Part shown: one piece after another, positions 1-10,331 of the stretch
Layout: the number at the start of each line of letters is the position of its first letter
How positions within the stretch are numbered: position 1 is the stretch's first letter
Assembly: GCA_963796965.1 (NCBI GenBank)
Contig: CAWCNS010000016.1
Coordinates: forward strand, 192,001-256,000
DNA: 64,000 nt
Reading direction: 5' to 3'
From: Calditrichia bacterium
GTDB taxonomy: Bacteria > Calditrichota > Calditrichia > JAJRVZ01
Translations under genes and position numbers: made by a program
The notes under the pieces: generated by a model
The model's database searches: none
Seen by the model: only the letters and a program-made list of their open reading frames with translations
What the model was told of the DNA's origin: nothing

Positions 1-382
1 TAGCCGGGAAGCAGCAATAGACTTGGCCAAAGAATTTTTAGGATACCCTTATTTTTGGGGGGGACGCTCTCCCAAAGGATTTGATTGTTCCGGATTGACA
101 CAAAGAATTTTTTGTTTATTAGGTGTCTCCTTGCCCAGAGATGCCTGGATGCAACATCGGGATGGTGCTTTTATTACAGATAAGCCAGGAGAAGCAAAAC
201 CGGGCGATCTTTACTTTTTTGCAGAGAATAGCTCAAAGATTACGCACGTTGGTCTGGCGATAGGAAAATCACGTATGATACATGCCCGGGGTTATGTCAG
301 ATCGAACAGTCTACAACCAGGAGATGAAGATTATAGCCCAGAATTGAAGGCTACATTTATTGATGTAAGATCCTATTTTTAA
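1..382 (+). CDS. NlpC/P60 (C40) cell-wall peptidase, 5' end truncated by window
   Basis: GYPYFWGG...GFDCSGL catalytic Cys motif, LPRDA, PGDLYFF and THVGL His motif. Confidence 0.85.
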   Translation, partial: SREAAIDLAKEFLGYPYFWGGRSPKGFDCSGLTQRIFCLLGVSLPRDAWMQHRDGAFITDKPGEAKPGDLYFFAENSSKITHVGLAIGKSRMIHARGYVRSNSLQPGDEDYSPELKATFIDVRSYF

Positions 383-470
383 GTATATTGACTATCATTT
401 TTTTTAGGTAATAGATTAGGAGCTGGTTTAATAATTACATAATGTAATGATGATCACTTATATAAAATAA

Positions 471-1022
471 GTGAAAGGGGATTGTAGAGAACACAAGAAC
501 GGGGTATCAAACTTGGATGGATTGAACAGAAATGTACTTGTGTTAAATCAGAATTATGAACCTATAGCGGTTTGTAATGCTAAAAAAGCTGTAGTTCTGG
601 TTTATCTGGGTAAGGCCGAAATTGTTGAGTCGTTGGATTCTGAAATTAGATCTGTAAGTCTCACTATGGCTTTTCCCAGTGTGGTTAGATTGCAGATATA
701 TATATACAAACCCTATACAGCTGTCATCCTAAACCGTAAAAATATTCATCGTCGTGACAGATCAACGTGTCAGTATTGCGGAAAAAAATCCGCCCCATTG
801 ACTGTTGACCACATTATTCCCAGAAATTTTGGAGGAAAAGATACCTGGGATAATTTAGTTTGTGCCTGTCTTCGATGTAATAACCGAAAGGGAAATCAAA
901 CCCCCGATCAGGCAGGAATGAATTTGCTTAAGAAGCCTGGGAAACCGAGTCGCCTTTTCTTCTTACAGTTTTACATAGATAAACCACATAAGACCTGGCG
1001 GCCTTATTTATTTTTACATTAA
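471..1022 (+). CDS. HNH endonuclease family protein (start may be TTG 513)
   Basis: VLVLNQNYEP N-terminus, RRDRSTCQYCG, TVDHIIP...GG..TWDNLVCACLRCNNRKG. Confidence 0.85.
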   Translation: MKGDCREHKNGVSNLDGLNRNVLVLNQNYEPIAVCNAKKAVVLVYLGKAEIVESLDSEIRSVSLTMAFPSVVRLQIYIYKPYTAVILNRKNIHRRDRSTCQYCGKKSAPLTVDHIIPRNFGGKDTWDNLVCACLRCNNRKGNQTPDQAGMNLLKKPGKPSRLFFLQFYIDKPHKTWRPYLFLH

Positions 1023-1083
1023 GTGAATTTTAAAGTAATGGACAATCTGAAAGATACTATATAATTGACAAACAGGAGTCGTA

Positions 1084-2064
1084 ATGCCGAAAAAACGAAT
1101 TTTGAGTGGAATGCGCCCCACGGGTAAATTACATCTTGGGAATTTTGCAGGTGCACTCGAAAACTGGATTAAATTACAGGATGATTATGAAAATTATTTT
1201 TTTGTCGCTGACTGGCATTCTTTAACAACCAATGCAGCAGCATCCTTTGATGTTAAAATGCAAACACGGGATATGGTGATAGATTGGTTGAGTGCCGGGA
1301 TAAAACCAGAAAATCCAATATTTATACAGTCACAGGTTAAAGAGCATGCTGAATTGCATTTGCTCTTCTCGATGTTGATCACAACTGCCAGGTTGGAGAG
1401 GAATCCCACTTTGAAAGAACAGGTTCGTGATTTAAGCGCGGATACAGTCATATATGGTCATCTTGGTTATCCGGTATTGCAGGCTGCCGATATCCTGATG
1501 TATAAGGCCAATGTCGTCCCGGTTGGTGAAGACCAGGCTCCGCACGTAGAAATTACCAGGGAGATTGCCCGAAAGTTTAACACGACTTATGATGAAGTTT
1601 TTCCTGAACCTGAAACAAAATTGACAACATTTGCCCGGCTACCTGGACTGGATGGCCGTAAAATGGGGAAGTCAAATAATAATTTTATTTTAATGTCAGA
1701 TTCAGAAGAGGATATATTTAAGTCCGTCAGAACTGCTATAACCGATCCGCAAAAGGTCAGACGTAATGATCCGGGACATCCGGATATTTGTAATGTTTTT
1801 GCTTATCATAAAAAATTCAATAATGATGAAGTTCCGCAAATTGAAGAGGATTGTATCAGCGGGGCATTAGGCTGTGTGGATTGTAAGAAAAATTGCGCTT
1901 CAAAAATATCTGATTTTTTTGCACCGCTTAGAGAAAAGCGTGCGTATTTTTTAAAGAATCCCAATGAGGTGGATGATATTATTTCCTCCGGAATTAAAAA
2001 AGCGCGCTCTGTAGCTCAGGGAACCATGCATGACGTTTATTCGGCGATGGAAATGGGTGGATAA
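1084..2064 (+). CDS. trpS: Tryptophanyl-tRNA synthetase
   Basis: SGMRPTGKLHLGN (HIGH-type), YPVLQAADIL, VPVGEDQ, KMGKS (KMSKS-type). Confidence 0.97.
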   Translation: MPKKRILSGMRPTGKLHLGNFAGALENWIKLQDDYENYFFVADWHSLTTNAAASFDVKMQTRDMVIDWLSAGIKPENPIFIQSQVKEHAELHLLFSMLITTARLERNPTLKEQVRDLSADTVIYGHLGYPVLQAADILMYKANVVPVGEDQAPHVEITREIARKFNTTYDEVFPEPETKLTTFARLPGLDGRKMGKSNNNFILMSDSEEDIFKSVRTAITDPQKVRRNDPGHPDICNVFAYHKKFNNDEVPQIEEDCISGALGCVDCKKNCASKISDFFAPLREKRAYFLKNPNEVDDIISSGIKKARSVAQGTMHDVYSAMEMGG

Positions 2065-2783
2065 TGCAATATCGTGTAAAACTGGACATATTTGAGGGCC
2101 CGTTCGATCTCCTCTTATTTCTAATCAGAAAACATGAGGTGGATATCTACGATATTCCTATCCATGATATCACTAATCAGTTTCTCGAATATCTGGATTT
2201 AATGAAAATTCTTGATCTGGAAATCGCCGGCGAGTTTATAGAAATAGTTGCTGTTCTGATGAATATTAAGGCCAGGATGCTGTTGCCTAAACCGGTAATG
2301 GGTGATGATGAGGAAGCAGAAGATCCAAGAACAGAATTGGTTGAAAGACTTCTTGAATATAAAAAGTTTAAAGAAGCGGCAGAAAATATTCGTGTATATG
2401 AAGAGCGGCGAAGGAGAGTATTTTCAAGAAAATATTTTCCGTCTATGAGGGAGAAACAGGAAGTCTCACAAGAAGAGTATCTGCAGGATGTTACGCTCTT
2501 TGATCTTTTACTGGCCTTTAAAAAAGCATTAGATAATATGCCCAAAGTGACCTATCATGAGGTCAGAAAAATCGAAGTAACAGTAGAAGAGCAGGCACAA
2601 TTTATTATGGGTAAATTTTCTGAAACAAAGATGATTCTCTTCAGTGATCTGGTAAAACAAATAAAAGACCGGATTGTGATAATTGTAACATTTCTTGCAT
2701 TATTGGATCTGATGCGTCTAAAAAAAGTTAACGTTAAGCAATATCAAATTTTTGAAGATATTCAGATCTCATCTTTGGAGTAA
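2064..2783 (+). CDS. scpA: Segregation and condensation protein A
   Basis: FEGPFDLLLFLI...DIYDIPI, DPRTELVERLLEYKKFK; followed by scpB. Confidence 0.95.
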   Translation: MQYRVKLDIFEGPFDLLLFLIRKHEVDIYDIPIHDITNQFLEYLDLMKILDLEIAGEFIEIVAVLMNIKARMLLPKPVMGDDEEAEDPRTELVERLLEYKKFKEAAENIRVYEERRRRVFSRKYFPSMREKQEVSQEEYLQDVTLFDLLLAFKKALDNMPKVTYHEVRKIEVTVEEQAQFIMGKFSETKMILFSDLVKQIKDRIVIIVTFLALLDLMRLKKVNVKQYQIFEDIQISSLE

Positions 2784-2823
2784 ATACTCAATTAAATATC
2801 TAAAAATAAAGTAGATTTAAACT

Positions 2824-3549
2824 ATGGATCTTAATTACAAAAATATTATTGAATCTTTATTGTTCGCCAGTGATACGCCTCTGACTTTACAAAAATTGAA
2901 AGAAATCACAGAAGTAGATTCGGTCAAAAAAGTTAAGAAGGGGATTGATTCCCTGAATAAATTCTATGAAGAAAAGAAATCAGCGATGAAAGTTGTTGAA
3001 GTTGCGGGCGGATATCAAATCGTATCAAAACCGGAATATGCTCCCTATGTTCAAAAAATGTTCAGAGGGCGACAGGCTTCCCGTTTGACTCAAAGAGGTC
3101 TTGAAACCTTAGCTATTATTGCCTACAAACAACCGATTACAAAGAATGAAATGGAAAATATAAGGGGTGTAAATGTTGATGGTGTTGTTAAAACGTTATT
3201 AGAACGTAATCTGATTAAAATAGAAGGTCGCGAAAAAGCACCGGGAAACCCCTTGCTCTATGGCACAACAAAATATTTTCTGGAATATTTTGGTCTAAAA
3301 TCATTGGAAGATCTTCCAAAATTGAAAGAAATCGATGAACTATTAAAAGATGATACTAAATTTTTGGAAAGCCTTGACCAGGTTGCCCTGCAAAAATTAG
3401 AACCGGAGGCTTTGGGGATAAAAAATATAGAGGCTACGGCAGAGCCAACGGGCGATTCTGAGATGGCCTCCGAAAAAAGTGATGTGGATGAACATGGTCA
3501 AATTAGTATAGAAACGGGTATTAAAGATAAAAATGATACGCCTGAATAA
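2824..3549 (+). CDS. scpB: Segregation and condensation protein B
   Basis: IESLLFAS, LETLAIIAYKQPIT...IRGVN, LYGTTKYFLEYFGLKSLEDLP. Confidence 0.95.
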   Translation: MDLNYKNIIESLLFASDTPLTLQKLKEITEVDSVKKVKKGIDSLNKFYEEKKSAMKVVEVAGGYQIVSKPEYAPYVQKMFRGRQASRLTQRGLETLAIIAYKQPITKNEMENIRGVNVDGVVKTLLERNLIKIEGREKAPGNPLLYGTTKYFLEYFGLKSLEDLPKLKEIDELLKDDTKFLESLDQVALQKLEPEALGIKNIEATAEPTGDSEMASEKSDVDEHGQISIETGIKDKNDTPE

Positions 3550-4243
3550 ATATCTGGCTTCTGCTGGTGTCGGATCAAGACGAAAATGTGACGATTATAT
3601 TGTCGCAGGCCGTGTAAAGGTTAATGGTAAAATTGTCCAAACCCTGGGTGTGAAGATCGAGGAATCCATTGATAAGATCTCCTTTGATGATCAACCAGTT
3701 AATTTGATTGAAAAATATCTCTATTTGATTTTGAATAAACCTGCCGGTATTATAACATCAGCAAAAGATGAATTTGATCGTCAAACTGTTCTGGACTTGA
3801 TTCCCGTCGAAGAAAGAATTTATCCTGTAGGCAGGTTAGATCAGGATTCAACCGGGCTTGTCTTTCTAACCAATGATGGTGATCTGGCCAACAAATTAAT
3901 CCATCCAAAGTATAAAATTTCCAAGACTTATCATGTCTTATTAAATAAAATTCTCCACCCCAAGGATATGTATCATTTTGAACGTGGATTAATTTTAGAT
4001 GATAAAATTACCGCACCATGCAAACTATCTGGAATTCGGGTTATTGATAATTGCAGTTTTCTGGAAGTAATTTTGTGGGAGGGACGAAACCGGCAAATCA
4101 GACGGATGTTTGAAATGTTAGGATACGAGGTAGATACATTAGACCGCATCGCTCTGGGATCCCTGACACTTCGGGGACTCAAAAGAGGGGAGTGGCGCCA
4201 TCTGACTGAGGATGAAGTCAAGGAATTGAAAATTGCAGAATAG
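3533..4243 (+). CDS. rluB: rRNA pseudouridine synthase (RluB/RsuA family)
   Basis: S4 domain RLNKYLASAGVGSRR, YPVGRLD catalytic Asp, EGRNRQIRRM; scpAB-rluB synteny. Confidence 0.85.
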   Translation: MIRLNKYLASAGVGSRRKCDDYIVAGRVKVNGKIVQTLGVKIEESIDKISFDDQPVNLIEKYLYLILNKPAGIITSAKDEFDRQTVLDLIPVEERIYPVGRLDQDSTGLVFLTNDGDLANKLIHPKYKISKTYHVLLNKILHPKDMYHFERGLILDDKITAPCKLSGIRVIDNCSFLEVILWEGRNRQIRRMFEMLGYEVDTLDRIALGSLTLRGLKRGEWRHLTEDEVKELKIAE

Positions 4244-4260
4244 ACCCCCGGAAATAAACA

Positions 4261-4284
4261 ATTACAAATTACGAATTACAAATG
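4261..4284. repeat. Heptamer tandem array ATTACAA-ATTACGA-ATTACAA (solo arm)
   Basis: Read directly in the rluB-cmk spacer. Confidence 0.6.
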
Positions 4285-4330
4285 TCTCTGTTGTATTTGC
4301 AAGGTGATTCTCTAACATACTCAAAAAAAT

Positions 4331-5014
4331 ATGTCACAAAATAAACTCAGACTTACAATTGCCATAGATGGGCCAGCAGCTTCAGGAAAAAGTACTACCG
4401 CTCGACTGGTTGCCCAAAAACTCGGATATCTTTATATCGACACAGGGGCCATGTACAGAGCTCTTACTCTCGCGGTGTTGAATCGTAATATTGACATTGA
4501 AGACGAAGAAAAGGTTGTATTAGCTGCGAAAGAAATTGACATTCGTTTGTTAGCAGAGAATAATAAAATCCGAACATTTTTAGATAATCAGGATGTCTCA
4601 GAAGATATTCGCTTACCTCGTGTAACATCTGTGATTAGCATTATCTCGGCTTATAGAGGGGTACGAGAAATTATGAAAGTGAAGCAACAAGCCTTGGCCA
4701 GAGAAGGTGGTGTTGTAATGGATGGGCGCGATATCGGTACGGTGGTATTACCACAGGCAGATGTAAAAGTGTTCATGGAGGCATCTGTCGAGAAAAGAGC
4801 AGATCGTCGTCTCAAAGAACTACAAAATAAAGGTGTTGATGTTGATCGTGAGCGTATCAAAACAGAAATTATCCAGCGGGATGAATTAGACTCAAACCGC
4901 GAAGTTGCCCCCCTAAAACCTGCCACAGATGCTCACATTCTCGATACCTCTGATCTCAATATTGATCAGCAAGTCCAAAAAGTTCTGGATTTGATAAAAC
5001 CCCTTTCAGAATAA
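4331..5014 (+). CDS. cmk: Cytidylate kinase
   Basis: IAIDGPAASGKST, DTGAMYRA, VMDGRDIGTVVLP; upstream of rpsA. Confidence 0.97.
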   Translation: MSQNKLRLTIAIDGPAASGKSTTARLVAQKLGYLYIDTGAMYRALTLAVLNRNIDIEDEEKVVLAAKEIDIRLLAENNKIRTFLDNQDVSEDIRLPRVTSVISIISAYRGVREIMKVKQQALAREGGVVMDGRDIGTVVLPQADVKVFMEASVEKRADRRLKELQNKGVDVDRERIKTEIIQRDELDSNREVAPLKPATDAHILDTSDLNIDQQVQKVLDLIKPLSE

Positions 5015-5360
5015 AGACCTTTTTCTCACCATTTTTCCTAAATCACCCTAAGATAGAAATATTTCTTCCGGATACCCATGTCTATATTGAGCAGCAGACG
5101 GTATGCAGAGGATGAGTAAGGCACAAAATGATTTGAAAGTTACTATCATACGCAATAAACTTTGCGACACCTTTTTATATTTTCGCAATAAAAAGCATCT
5201 TATCAATCTTTATAAAGATAAATGTGCCCTTAGTCGTGCAAAAAAGATCATGAAAAAACAGTTGTATAGGCAAAATAATTACTTTAAATTAAATATCTTT
5301 GCAATTTACAAACTACCCGCTTATCGGGTATTATACTTGATCTTAGGAGGTTTTAATTAA

Positions 5361-7658
5361 ATGACTGAAGAGAAGAAACAGGTCGAGGAATCGACCACAA
5401 CCCAGGTGCAGGAAGATGTGGCACCTGTTGAAGAGAATGTAGAGCAGGAAACGGCGAAAGTCGAAGAACCTGAAGTGGTGGCTGAAAAGGAGAGTGAATC
5501 CGAAGAAGAAACTCCTGCTGAAGAAGAGAAAAAGGAAGTAAAGGAAACAGCCACAACTAAATCTATGGAAGAGGAAGAAGTTGTACGTCTTGAGGATCTG
5601 ACAGAGGAGACAGAATACTCACAAGAAGAAATCAGTTTTCTAACTCAGATGTATGATAAAACTTTGCATGAAATAAAGCAAGGTGATATCGTTAAAGGAA
5701 AAGTACTTGATGTCACTGACAGTGATGTTCTGATTGATATCGGATTTAAATCTGAAGGTATTATTCCAGGAGATGAGTTTGATGACCTTAAAAAAGTTCA
5801 GGTCGGAGAAGAAATGGAAGTCTTCCTTGAGAACGTTGAAGATCCCAATGGACAATTAATATTGTCCAGGCGTCGTGCTGATTTTATACGGGTATGGGAA
5901 AACGTAGTAGAAAAATTTGAGAATAATGAAACCATCTCGGGTACCATTGTTCGCAGAATTAAAGGTGGTATGGTTGTAACCTTAAATGGAGTGGATGCCT
6001 TTTTGCCCGGATCACAAATAGATGTAAAACCAATCAGAGATTTTGATGCTTATCTTGGCAAAGATCTGGATTTCAAGATAGTAAAGGTTAATCATATTCG
6101 TAGAAATATTGTGGTTTCATCCCGGGTACTCATTGAAAAAGAGATGGAGAGTCAACGCTCAGAAATTATCAAAACGATTGAAAAGGGCCAGGTACGTAAA
6201 GGTACGGTTAAAAACATCACCGATTTTGGTGTTTTTGTTGATCTTGGCGGTGTTGACGGATTATTGCATATTACTGATCTGAGCTGGGGGCGGGTAAATC
6301 ATCCTTCAGAAGTTGTGAAATTGGATGAAGACATTGAAGTCGTTATCCTTGATTATAACGAAAATAAAGATCGGATTTCACTAGGTAGAAAGCAATTAAT
6401 GCCTCATCCATGGGAAGAAGTAGAAACAAAATATCCCGTAGGTAAAGTTGTAGAGGGTAAGGTCGTTAGCCTTACAGATTATGGTGCATTTATTGAACTT
6501 GAGACAGGTATTGAAGGATTGATTCATATTTCAGAAATGTCCTGGTCACAACATATTAAACATCCAAGCCAGCTTCTTCATGTGGGCATGGAAGTGGATG
6601 CAAAGATCCTTAGTGTTGAATCTGGTGAGAAAAAAATCTCCCTTGGTCTTAAACAATTAGAACCGGATCCATGGGAAAAGATCGATGAAAAATATCCCGA
6701 AAATTCAAAACACACCGGTGTTGTACGGAATCTAACACAGTTTGGTGCTTTTGTTGAAGTGAGAAGAGGGTATTGACGGTCTGGTACATATTTCTGATCT
6801 CTCTTGGACAAAGAAAATTCGCCACCCAAGTGAGGTTGTTAAAAAAGGTGATGAGATTGAAGTCATTGTTCTGGGGATCAACCGTGAAGAAAGACGAATT
6901 GCACTGGGTCATAAGCAGATCGAGGAAAATCCCTGGGATGCTTTTGAGGATAAATACCAGGTGGATACAGAAACCAAGGGTTTAGTTTCGCGCATCATCG
7001 ACAAGGGTGTTATTATTACATTGCCTCTTGGTGTTGATGGATTTATTCCGATAAATCATTTAGGACATGTAAAATTGAAAAAAGGCTTCTGACTTTTTTA
7101 AACCAGGTGACGAAGTACCGGCTAAGGTAATCGAGTTCGATAAAGACAATAAGAAAATAGTTTTGTCAATCTCCAATTATTTTAAAGATAAAGAAGAGAA
7201 TGAATGGAGTGATTATCTGGCAAAACAAGGCGTGGAAAAAACCACGATGGAAGAACTTGTAAAAACTGTGCCTGAGAAGGAAGAAGAAAAAGAAACCACT
7301 CCTGATGAGAATTTAGCAGCAGAAGCTCCTGCTCCTGAAAAAGCTGAAAAGGAAGAAGTGGCGGCTGATGTTCCGGAAGTTGCAGAAGCTGAAACTGCTG
7401 AGAAAACCGAACCTGAAGTAGAGGTGCCGGTGGCAGAGGAAGTTGTAGAAGAGGTGGAGAAGAAACCCAAGAAGACGAAGAAGAAAGAATCTGAAGTGTT
7501 GGAAGAATCTCCTGCTAAAGCAGAAGTAGAGGAAGAGCCTAAGGAAGAAGCTGAAAGCCGAAATGGAAGAGAAGAAGCCAAAAGCTAAAGCCTCAAAGAA
7601 AAAAACAGAAACCAGTAAAGAGTCTGAAAGTACTGATGAAGAAAAATCAGATTCCTGA
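5361..7658 (+). CDS. rpsA: 30S ribosomal protein S1 with acidic N- and C-terminal extensions; apparent +1 frameshifts near 6762, 7080 and 7554
   Basis: S1 repeats ([43 protein letters not shown]) continue in shifted frames ([27 protein letters not shown]); SD GGAGG; stop TGA 7656-7658 before the terminator. Confidence 0.9.
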
Positions 7659-7670
7659 GTTTCTTGATAT

Positions 7671-7704
7671 AAAAAGCCAGTCCAAGGTAGACTGGCTTTT
7701 TTTT
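7671..7704 (+). terminator. Rho-independent terminator after rpsA
   Basis: AAAAAGCCAGTC-caaggta-GACTGGCTTTTTTTT. Confidence 0.9.
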
Positions 7705-7802
7705 ATCTTTAGTAGATTTTTGAAGTATAAAAAAAAATAATTGGATATTCTTGCAAAGGATTAAAATTTCATACAATCATTGGAAATTCTTTGGAATTAA
7801 TT

Positions 7803-7829
7803 TAGGTTTTATAATTTTGATGCCGATAA
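7803..7829 (+). promoter_or_regulatory. Putative sigma28 (FliA/SigD) promoter of mreB
   Basis: TAGGTTTT-N11-GCCGATAA; exact -10 consensus, weaker -35; lies after the rpsA terminator. Confidence 0.6.
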
Positions 7830-7885
7830 CAATAATATAGATATTATTTTCTCTTTACCTCAGCCTCTAATTTAAAGGTGAAGAT

Positions 7886-8902
7886 ATGTTCAATTTCCTC
7901 AAATATGTTTTTACTAATCTGGGTATTGATCTTGGCACTGCAAACACTGTTGTTTTTGCCGAGCGAAAAGGTTATGTCGTTAATGAACCATCCGTTATTG
8001 CGTTCAATAAAGGACATAATGTTATTGCAGTTGGTACAGATGCAAAGGAGATGCTTGGTAAAACCGGTGACCAGATAAAAGTTATCCGACCATTAGCAGA
8101 TGGAGTAATTGCTGATTTTATTGCCGGAGAGGAAATGGTCAAGTCGTTTATCCAAAGCGCATCCATTCCGAAGTACCGGATCGGGAAAATTGTTATGGGT
8201 GTGCCAACGGGTATTACGGAAGTTGAAAAACTTGCTGTAATTGAATCTGCCGAACAGGCTGGTGCCCGTGAGGTGTATTTGATTGCTGAGCCAATGGCCG
8301 CAGCGGTTGGCATTGGGCTCGATGTCAAAGGGAAAGATGCCCATATGATTGTTGATATCGGTGGAGGAACAACCGATATTGCTGTGATCAACTATGGCGG
8401 AATTGTCGTTGATAATACGATTCGTATTGCCGGGGATGAGCTGAATGAATCGATCATTCGCTATTTTAAAACAAAATATAACCTTCGTATTGGGGAGACA
8501 ACAGCAGAGCGGTTAAAAATGTCCTACGGAACGGTTTCCGAGAAATATAATGGAAGAGCGGTATCTATAAAGGGACTTGATGTTCAGAATGGACTACCAC
8601 GTCAGTTAATTCTTACCAACAGCTGTTTTATTGATGCGACAAAGGATGTCGTCGACACAATTATTACTGCAATATTAAATACATTAGAAAAACTCCCTGC
8701 AGAGTTGGTGAGTGATTTGGTGGACCGTGGCATCATATTAACAGGTGGTGGTGCCCTTCTAAGTGGACTTGATGAGGTGATCTGTGAGAGGACATCGCTG
8801 CCCGTAAGTGTTGCTCATAATGCCCTGTATTCTGTTGCCGAGGGTACAAGGCTTATTCTTGATGATTTCTATAATTTTCATGATATTTTGATGAGAAGAT
8901 AG
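7886..8902 (+). CDS. mreB: MreB/Mbl actin-like protein, not followed by mreC/mreD
   Basis: GIDLGTANT, NEPSV, IRPLADGVIADF, EPMAAAVG, VDIGGGTTDIAVI, GIILTGGGALL. Confidence 0.9.
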   Translation: MFNFLKYVFTNLGIDLGTANTVVFAERKGYVVNEPSVIAFNKGHNVIAVGTDAKEMLGKTGDQIKVIRPLADGVIADFIAGEEMVKSFIQSASIPKYRIGKIVMGVPTGITEVEKLAVIESAEQAGAREVYLIAEPMAAAVGIGLDVKGKDAHMIVDIGGGTTDIAVINYGGIVVDNTIRIAGDELNESIIRYFKTKYNLRIGETTAERLKMSYGTVSEKYNGRAVSIKGLDVQNGLPRQLILTNSCFIDATKDVVDTIITAILNTLEKLPAELVSDLVDRGIILTGGGALLSGLDEVICERTSLPVSVAHNALYSVAEGTRLILDDFYNFHDILMRR

Positions 8903-9029
8903 TTCTAATAAAGGAATATCCCCCAGAGAAGTTGCTGTAAAACTTGAATCTTTTTTGCGCATTCCATAAAATAACCCTCAATTTTAATCCAATATCCTGA
9001 CTAAACAATTAGATAGAAAATAATTACCC

Positions 9030-10067
9030 GTGATAACTGGAAAAAATATATTAATTCTGCAAATACTTTTTATGCAATTAATTTGCTCGGGGTATGCCGC
9101 AGATCGTTGGATCAAAGAAACAATTGAATTGACAATTAATACTGATTTTGAGGGTGCCCTCAGAGTTGCTCAAAATGAGATTGATATAGATCCTGAGAAT
9201 TATCGGGCCTGGTTCTACATAGCAGCAACTTATAATTCTAAGATGACACATTTTGAAAATGACATCGGTGTTGAACAATTTGATAAGGCCATCGATAAAA
9301 CCATTGATTTGATTAATTTTCAGTTTGATAATAATGAGAGTTTGAATGATTCAACCCGGGCTCAGCTATTGTTTTATATGGGAAGCGCCTATGGGTATCG
9401 TGCCTATTTGCAAGGACGGCAGGGGCTGTACCTGGCAGCTATTTCTAATGGTCTTAAATCCGTTGGCTATCTCAATGAGTCATTAGAGTATGATTCAAAT
9501 CTGTATGGTGCCTATTTAGGTATAGGTGTTTATAAATACTGGCGATATAGTCGATTGAATTTTATATCCTGGTTACCTTTTGTCCCTGATGATCGTGAAG
9601 AGGGTATTGCGATGATAAATATTGCCATTGCAAATGATTCCCTGAGCAAGTATATGGCTATGCATCAATTGGTATATATTCTACTGGACTATGGTAAATT
9701 TGATGAGGCGTTGAAATTTGGTAAGATTATTGTAGAAAAGTATCCGCAAAGCCAGTTTATGTGGTGGGCAAATGCACATGCTTATTTTAAATCGGAAAAG
9801 TATAAGGAAGCTGAAAAGTCTTATGAGTATTTATATCAATTGATCCGGCAGGACAAAAACCGGAATGTGACCCACTTGATTAAATGTCAGTACAAAATGG
9901 CCCTTACTGCTCAACATTTGAATAATTCTCGGTTATGTAATCAGCGTTGTGAGAACCTTCTGGAATATGCCGGTCGTGAAGATCTTACCGATGATGCGCG
10001 GGATATACTTTCTGATACAGAAGATTTGTGGGAAGAGTGTCAGGAGCAACTGAAGGAAATCCGTTGA
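9030..10067 (+). CDS. Exported tetratricopeptide-repeat protein
   Basis: Signal-peptide-like N-terminus and helical repeats (DPENYRAWFY, AYLGIGVYKY). Confidence 0.65.
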   Translation: MITGKNILILQILFMQLICSGYAADRWIKETIELTINTDFEGALRVAQNEIDIDPENYRAWFYIAATYNSKMTHFENDIGVEQFDKAIDKTIDLINFQFDNNESLNDSTRAQLLFYMGSAYGYRAYLQGRQGLYLAAISNGLKSVGYLNESLEYDSNLYGAYLGIGVYKYWRYSRLNFISWLPFVPDDREEGIAMINIAIANDSLSKYMAMHQLVYILLDYGKFDEALKFGKIIVEKYPQSQFMWWANAHAYFKSEKYKEAEKSYEYLYQLIRQDKNRNVTHLIKCQYKMALTAQHLNNSRLCNQRCENLLEYAGREDLTDDARDILSDTEDLWEECQEQLKEIR

Positions 10068-10148
10068 GACGGTGATGGGGGATGAGGCTAAAAAAATTCT
10101 CATTATTATAAACGTTATCTCCCCTTAACACCATCCTCTATTTATAAA

Positions 10149-10165
10149 TGCAAATTTCATGCCGG
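10149..10165 (-). promoter_or_regulatory. Sigma54 -24/-12 site, oriented away from rpoN
   Basis: Minus strand CCGGCATGAAATTTGCA: GG-N10-GC with TTGCA. Confidence 0.55.
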
Positions 10166-10331
10166 ATTTTCTTGCGTTCCATTTTTATTATAATTAATAT
10201 ATCGTTTGTATAAAAAGAGTCCATAATAAAGCCCTTTTTATACCCATTTGGCCGGTTTTCCGCTATCGACGGTGAGCCTTGTATTTACCAGGACCAATGT
10301 CAAAAATAACATATTAAAAGTATAAGTTTAT

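Noticed and set aside
471..1022. HNH gene as a mobile element or defence system
   Set aside because: It resembles a widespread stand-alone HNH family, with no flanking repeats, methyltransferase or intron context
5103..5360. 85-aa ORF upstream of rpsA
   Set aside because: No recognisable motif, K/N-rich composition typical of AT-rich spacer, and it overlaps the rpsA promoter/leader region
7886..8902. Magnetosome actin MamK
   Set aside because: Motifs are MreB-type (GTANT, NEPSV, PLADGVIADF) and there are no mam genes nearby
10263..10287. Sigma28-like motif on the minus strand (TAAA...GTCGATAG)
   Set aside because: Spacer is 13 nt instead of 15 and there is no downstream gene in that direction
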